Positions 7,308 through 11,577 of a stretch of 11,577 nucleotides of DNA are shown here, one piece after another (the stretch's first letter is position 1; each line of letters starts with the position of its first letter). The stretch is from Candidatus Sumerlaeales bacterium (GTDB taxonomy: Bacteria; Sumerlaeota; Sumerlaeia; Sumerlaeales; Sumerlaeaceae). Location of the stretch: the NCBI GenBank assembly GCA_038243585.1, contig JBBSQY010000071.1:1-11577 (forward strand), given 5' to 3'. The notes beneath the pieces are model-generated. The model was given only the letters and a program-made list of their open reading frames with translations. It was not told the DNA's origin and searched no databases. The translations under genes were made by a program, and so were the position numbers.

Positions 7308-8189
7308 CTATACTTCACCCCGCACTTTCCGCTGAATCCCTTCCCTGAAGGAGATAGGTTCGAATCCTAGCTCTCGCCGCGCACTGCTAATATCAAAATC
7401 CTTATTCTCTTCCATGCGCCGAATTTGATCCATCCGGACCCTGGGATGGCGCACAAGTTTTTCATACAGCGAAACCAGCGGCCTTGCCGCCGCCAGCGGC
7501 ACCGGCACCAGTCGCGTCTTCAGACTAGCCTCTTCAATCATAATCTCCAGCATATTGCTGTAGGTTATGGCCTCCGGTCCCGCGATAGTGTACGCTCTGC
7601 CCGCTGTCTCCGGACGCTCCAACGCCGCGATAAGTGCCGCAACCACATCCCACGTAAACACCGGCTGCCACAGCATCTTGCCCCCGGCGGGCAGCGGAAA
7701 CACCGGCCACTTTTTCAGCGTCGCGAGAAGCGGTTCAAGATTGCGATCCTGCAGGCCACCGTAAATCATCGTGGGGCGGATGATCGTCCATTCCAGCCCG
7801 GAAGCCTCGACAGCCTGCTCCCCCGCCATCACCTGCCGGGCAGTCTCCTCAACAAAACGAGTATAACGTCGCGTGGAAGACATAAAAACCCCGCGCGCTA
7901 CGCCGGCGGACTTCATGGCCGCAATGATCGCAGAAGCCAGTTTGATATGAGTAACAGCAACCACTGCCCCGCATCCCTTGACAGCCTCGTGTGCGGTTTC
8001 TGAACTAAGCAGATCGCCCCTGCACACTTCGACCCGACGGCGTAGCCCAATATCCACTCTGGCGGGATCCCGCGTAAGAATTCGCACGGGATAACCCGCA
8101 TCTAATAGCGCTGAAACAAGCCGGCTGCCCGTATGTCCGGAAGCTCCGGCAATAAGCACGGGAAGTTGGCTGGATGATTGATTAGTCAT
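7308..8189 (-). CDS. NAD(P)-binding atypical SDR / NAD-dependent epimerase-dehydratase family protein
   Basis: 293 aa. Rossmann motif VLIAGASGHTG, followed by GDL, FMSS, EQAVEASGLEWTIIRPTMIYG, QPVFTWDV and ARRELGFEP. Confidence 0.9.
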   Translation of the reverse strand: MTNQSSSQLPVLIAGASGHTGSRLVSALLDAGYPVRILTRDPARVDIGLRRRVEVCRGDLLSSETAHEAVKGCGAVVAVTHIKLASAIIAAMKSAGVARGVFMSSTRRYTRFVEETARQVMAGEQAVEASGLEWTIIRPTMIYGGLQDRNLEPLLATLKKWPVFPLPAGGKMLWQPVFTWDVVAALIAALERPETAGRAYTIAGPEAITYSNMLEIMIEEASLKTRLVPVPLAAARPLVSLYEKLVRHPRVRMDQIRRMEENKDFDISSARRELGFEPISFREGIQRKVRGEV

Positions 8190-8365
8190 AGATTATGGAA
8201 AACGAATGCAGCCTGCGAAATGTTCTATTTAAACGAGAGATTGTCTCCGTGACATATTTCCTTAAAGAAAGTTTCGCGTATTTTCATTTTAATTGGAAAA
8301 TTGTATTGACCGAGGGGTCCTGCTGGCGCAGGTATTGCGCGAGTGTTGTAGGAGGAATAGGTAAT

Positions 8366-8662
8366 ATGTTTGGAAGAATCGTAAAAATAGCTGTTACCGC
8401 CACTGCTGCTGCCGTCTTGCTGGCCGGCTGTCAGAGTGGCATGCGTGGATCTCAGGTGTTCGCCGGATTCAATGGTGACCCTCAATGCGCGCCAGGCCCG
8501 AAACCGTGCCCGCGCGAGTATCCAGAGTTTCCGTTGCCGCCAGGCGGCCCGTATCTGCAGACCCCAGGCTATGCGCCACAGCCTGGTCCCCAGAGCGCAC
8601 CGCCCACCCGGTTGAACCTGAACACCGGTTCCGGCTCGGACAAGCTAACCGTCGCAAAATAA
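8366..8662 (+). CDS. Small proline-rich lipoprotein, function unknown
   Basis: Start revised from 8195 to ATG 8366 (AGGAGG at 8350-8355), 98 aa. Signal peptide MFGRIVKIAVTATAAAVLLAG-C with an LAGC lipobox. The mature part is Pro/Gly-rich with two Cys, and a strong terminator follows. Confidence 0.8.
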   Translation: MFGRIVKIAVTATAAAVLLAGCQSGMRGSQVFAGFNGDPQCAPGPKPCPREYPEFPLPPGGPYLQTPGYAPQPGPQSAPPTRLNLNTGSGSDKLTVAK

Positions 8663-8674
8663 CGCGAGCGGTTT

Positions 8675-8718
8675 AAAAAGTATCCCCGTCACTTTTACCG
8701 GTGACGGGGATTTTTTTT
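8675..8718 (+). terminator. Intrinsic terminator, possibly bidirectional
   Basis: Perfect 11-bp stem ATCCCCGTCAC (8682-8692)/GTGACGGGGAT (8701-8711), T-run to 8718 and A-run at 8675-8679. It lies between convergent genes. Confidence 0.88.
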
Positions 8719-8727
8719 GTTCAGCGT

Positions 8728-8782
8728 TGCCCGGAGGGCTCACGATGGATGCGACTTGAAGTCGCTTTCAATGTGCCCGGAG
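8728..8782. repeat. REP-like palindrome flanked by 9-bp direct repeats
   Basis: GCGACTT-G-AAGTCGC (8751-8765) lies between TGCCCGGAG copies at 8728-8736 and 8774-8782. Confidence 0.45.
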
Positions 8783-8878
8783 CCAGCCTGTAATTTTTTA
8801 TCCGGTCGTTTACGCAGCCACGCTTCCCCCCGTTCCTTTTCTGTTTCGCAGCGTGATTACCGTAGCCGTATTTCTCGA

Positions 8879-9955
8879 CTAATTTGCGAAATTTGCCCAG
8901 GCGTCCGTGCCGGCGGGAATAGGTGTACCGGCGGTCAACGTGACAATGGTGCTGAAGATCCCGCCGCCGCTCGATACAAATTCCGAACCGCCGTTGCTGT
9001 TTGAGGTGTTTTTTACGCAGATCGAGTTTGAAACGCCCACCAGCCCGTGCCCGGTGTTGTTGGAAACGTGGTTTTCTTCCACACGACAGGATTGTTCTGC
9101 GTAGATACCGTCGGTGACGTTGTTGGAACAACTGTTGTTTTTAACTACTGACTGAAGTGTTCTTATGCCCTGTTTCCCGTTGCCGTCACATTGGTTGTTC
9201 TCAATTGTGCAATGCTCCCCGGTCCTAATCCCGTCGGCGCCATTAGAGACAGAAAGGTTATCTTTAACTATAGATTTTGCGTCGACATTGATGCCAAAAC
9301 CACCATTCTCGAAGCAGTGATTGTTCACAACGAAACAGTTAGATGCGGAGAAAGCAGCTATTCCATCACCGACATTGTGACTGACAACGCAGTTGGAGAT
9401 GGTCCCCCGGCCGTTTGTTATCCCGGTCTTAATGGAGATCCCTGCATATTGATTGTAGCTCGCGCGACAGTTGCGCACATCGCCGTTTCGTATGTTGATA
9501 CCAAAGGAGCAGTTCACGGCGTTGATGTTTTCCACAACGCTCTCGTGGCCGTGCAGGTCGATCCCGATAGCGGGCCAGTCCGTGACAGTTCCGTTTCTTA
9601 CAATCACACTCGTTGTAGCCGCATCAAGACAATGGATGCCCTGCCCGTCACCTCCACCGCCTGGGGCATCAAGTCCCGGACCCCGTAGCGTGAACCCGTT
9701 CAGATCGATCACCACATTGCTCACCAGAATATCAATGGCCCCGTCGCCTTCCCCCAGCGTCGCATTTCCGGTCAGATAGTAACTGCCGGGCTCAGAAATG
9801 TCTATGGGAAGATCCACGGGGCGGATAGGGATGCGGGCTTCCACCTCGTCCAAAGTCCTCATTGTTGGGCCCGGAGCACCGGGCGGTGTGAGGCTGCCTG
9901 CGGCTACCGGAGCGACAGCCAGACTAAACATTAAAAAAGTAAAAATGTGGTTCAT
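8879..9955 (-). CDS. Secreted right-handed parallel beta-helix repeat protein
   Basis: 358 aa. Signal peptide, then GSLTPPGAPGPTMRTLDEVEAR, ISEPGSYYLTGN, V.IDLNGFTL.G and IVRNGTV, then approximately 22-aa N-x-x-x-G-I coils (HNVGDGI, ENGGFGI, SNGADGI, GNGKQGI, NNVTDGI, NNTGHGL). Ends AWANFAN. Confidence 0.9.
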   Translation of the reverse strand: MNHIFTFLMFSLAVAPVAAGSLTPPGAPGPTMRTLDEVEARIPIRPVDLPIDISEPGSYYLTGNATLGEGDGAIDILVSNVVIDLNGFTLRGPGLDAPGGGGDGQGIHCLDAATTSVIVRNGTVTDWPAIGIDLHGHESVVENINAVNCSFGINIRNGDVRNCRASYNQYAGISIKTGITNGRGTISNCVVSHNVGDGIAAFSASNCFVVNNHCFENGGFGINVDAKSIVKDNLSVSNGADGIRTGEHCTIENNQCDGNGKQGIRTLQSVVKNNSCSNNVTDGIYAEQSCRVEENHVSNNTGHGLVGVSNSICVKNTSNSNGGSEFVSSGGGIFSTIVTLTAGTPIPAGTDAWANFAN

Positions 9956-9981
9956 GACGCGACCTTTCGATAGGTGATTCG

Positions 9982-10515
9982 TTAGTGGAACAGATTCCAG
10001 TCATAGGCCCGGGTAAAGCCGGGAGCTTTTGCAACGTGGGCGGGGTCGACCGTATCAAAAGCGAGCCAACCGATATTTTCACCCCACGCGTAGCCGGAGA
10101 AGCGGCCGGTGGACTGGTCTATGTGAACGCGACCGCCGCCAGCAGGCGTTGTATCGAAAGCGATCCAGCCGACATTTTCGCCCCAGGCATAGCCGGAGAG
10201 GTTGCCCGAGAGGTCCATATTAACGCCAAAATCTTCACCGGAGGTGTTTGAGTATTGCCCGCCCGTCGTAAACCCGTCGCCGAAGTTTATCCAGCCGAAG
10301 TTCTCATGCCATGCGAAGCCGCCAAGATAGGTTCCGCCGACGTGAACGCCGTTTGCGATATCTCCCTGGAGGTTTAACCATCCGGCGTTCTCCATCCAGC
10401 CGTAGCGTTGGCCGGTGGCAGGCAGGTCAATATTGGTGGCAGCCGCAAAAGCGGCCTGTGCCGCTGCAAAGAGAGCGACAGATAATGCGAGGGAGCGGAA
10501 GCGTGAAAATGCCAT
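9982..10515 (-). CDS. Secreted protein with four W-x-E-N-x-G-W repeats, function unknown
   Basis: 177 aa. Signal peptide ending AAFA. Repeats YGWMENAGWLNL, FAWHENFGWINF, YAWGENVGWIAF and YAWGENIGWLAF. Ends TRAYDWNLFH. It lies 26 nt upstream of the beta-helix gene on the same strand. Confidence 0.85.
   Translation of the reverse strand: MAFSRFRSLALSVALFAAAQAAFAAATNIDLPATGQRYGWMENAGWLNLQGDIANGVHVGGTYLGGFAWHENFGWINFGDGFTTGGQYSNTSGEDFGVNMDLSGNLSGYAWGENVGWIAFDTTPAGGGRVHIDQSTGRFSGYAWGENIGWLAFDTVDPAHVAKAPGFTRAYDWNLFH
10052..10199. repeat. Intragenic 49-bp direct repeat (repeats 3 and 4 of the WxENxGW protein)
   Basis: 10052-10100 and 10151-10199 match at 42 of 49 positions, offset 99 nt (33 codons). 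Confidence 0.85.
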
Positions 10516-10944
10516 TGTGGAGTTCTCGCTTTAGAAAAGACAGACTGAGACGCACCTAAATGAAATCAGGCTACTTTTTAAACAAGTCGCGGAAAGGAGC
10601 TGTCATTGTCAACATAAAAGGGTTTCCTTTTTGTTTGGTCAGCCATTGAAGCGCGAGCCGCACCGTTACAACCGAAGCAGAATACCGCCGATGTTTCCGA
10701 CGGCTCAACGAGCTGTCGCGACCTCAGGAAAACGATGTATTCTTGTTTCTGCATCATTTGCCGCTGTTGCGGTATGTTTCGAACTTAGTCTACAGTAGTT
10801 CCACATCTGACGGGTTGCAGCGGAACCTCGCTGAGAAAATACTCTCAAACCAACAAATTTGATTGCCCGCGCCACCTGGGCTATTCATGTTTTAGGAAGA
10901 TACCACCAGCCAGGCCGGTTTGCCGGCACAGGAGTACCGATGTC

Positions 10945-11577
10945 ATGAGCGATACCAAAGATACTACGACGAAAACACCGACGCACGATCCGGACACCGC
11001 CGCGCAAAAAGTGCCCGGATCAGGTAAGCCACAAACGACGCCCCCCGGTGGTAACGGCAGCGGCAATGCGCCGCTAAAGCGAGTGTTGCCGGAAGGCGAA
11101 AGCGCGCAAACCCTGAAACATAATGTATCGTCACAAAATCTGGTGGGCGGCGACGAACTCTTAGACGCGCTGGCCGAAAATATGGGCTATGAGCGGGCTA
11201 ACCTAAAGGACCTAAAGGTTACGCCGGAACTCGTCAAACAGATCGATGCGAAACATGCCATAAAATACCGGGTGTTTCCAGTGCGCTTCGAAGGCGAGGA
11301 TCTCTATCTGGCCCTGGCTGATCCACTTAACATCCAGACCACAGATGACCTCGAACGCATCTACCACAAGCGCATCCACCCGATGGTGGCTGACCAGCTT
11401 GAGGTCGACAAGTTTATTAATCACTATTATGAGAGCAGCAACATCGCCGATATCTATGGCGGCATGGCTGATGACGCCGTCGCGGCGGAACACAAGGATA
11501 CAGAAGACGACCAATACGCCGCGGTAGATCTGAAAGAAAACAAGACGGATCAGCCGCCAGCCGTAAAGTATGTCGAC
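10945..11577 (+). CDS. GspE/PulE/PilB-family type II secretion / type IV pilus assembly ATPase, N-terminal part (runs off the window; not in the ORF track)
   Basis: Open from ATG 10945 to the window end (211 codons), with AGGAG at 10930-10934. LLDALAENMGYERANL...ELVKQIDAKHAIKYRVFPV...LYLALADPLNIQTTDDL...IHPMVA....VDKFINHYY matches the T2SSE N-terminal domain, and QPPAVKYVD matches the 'APxVxxV' start of the N2 domain. The Walker motifs are outside the window. Confidence 0.87.
   Translation, partial: MSDTKDTTTKTPTHDPDTAAQKVPGSGKPQTTPPGGNGSGNAPLKRVLPEGESAQTLKHNVSSQNLVGGDELLDALAENMGYERANLKDLKVTPELVKQIDAKHAIKYRVFPVRFEGEDLYLALADPLNIQTTDDLERIYHKRIHPMVADQLEVDKFINHYYESSNIADIYGGMADDAVAAEHKDTEDDQYAAVDLKENKTDQPPAVKYVD

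Noticed and set aside
8195..8365. 57-codon N-terminal extension of the lipoprotein ORF
   Set aside because: AT-rich divergent promoter region starting only 5 nt from the opposite gene's ATG; the SD and signal peptide point to 8366.
8879..8911. Beta-helix C-terminus (DAWANFAN) counted as a third copy of the sorting tail
   Set aside because: The register differs (W at -6, no Leu), and WANF-type ends seem to be a feature of this beta-helix family itself; not counted as evidence.
10052..10199. CRISPR or DGR template/variable repeat interpretation of the 49-bp repeat
   Set aside because: Only two in-frame coding copies, mismatches are not adenine-specific, and no cas or reverse transcriptase gene is in the window.
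10516..10944. c-di-GMP riboswitch or ncRNA upstream of the GspE/PilB gene
   Set aside because: Only short hairpins (e.g. CAGCG/CGCTG, TGAGA/TCTCA); the GEMM consensus was not found by eye, and the TTGACA at 10607-10612 (minus) lacks a convincing -10.

Overview
Bacterial chromosomal region of roughly 55% GC (estimated by eye) with 11 supportable CDSs. No rRNA, tRNA, CRISPR array or transposase was seen. Two real genes are missing from the supplied ORF track because they run off the window edges: a PrsW-family intramembrane protease (<1..754, -) and a GspE/PilB-family ATPase (10945..>11577, +). Gene order: PrsW-like protease, membrane-anchored YbjQ and soluble YbjQ (a tightly coupled minus-strand operon); a secreted double beta-propeller Asp-box (BNR) protein; a dienelactone-hydrolase-family enzyme with a signal peptide; a DASS/SLC13 symporter; an atypical SDR/epimerase; a small Pro-rich lipoprotein; a secreted right-handed beta-helix protein and a secreted 'WxENxGW'-repeat protein; and the divergent GspE/PilB ATPase. 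The most interesting signal is that two unrelated secreted proteins end in the same short tail, A-x-x-W-x-L-[YF]-x-COOH (AAAIGWSLYD*, TRAYDWNLFH*), a candidate lineage-specific sorting or surface-anchoring signal. From memory, and unverified, such tails are typical of Ca. Sumerlaeota/BRC1. Other leads are the YbjQ-YbjQ(TM)-PrsW module and a hairpin that covers the ybjQ Shine-Dalgarno site.
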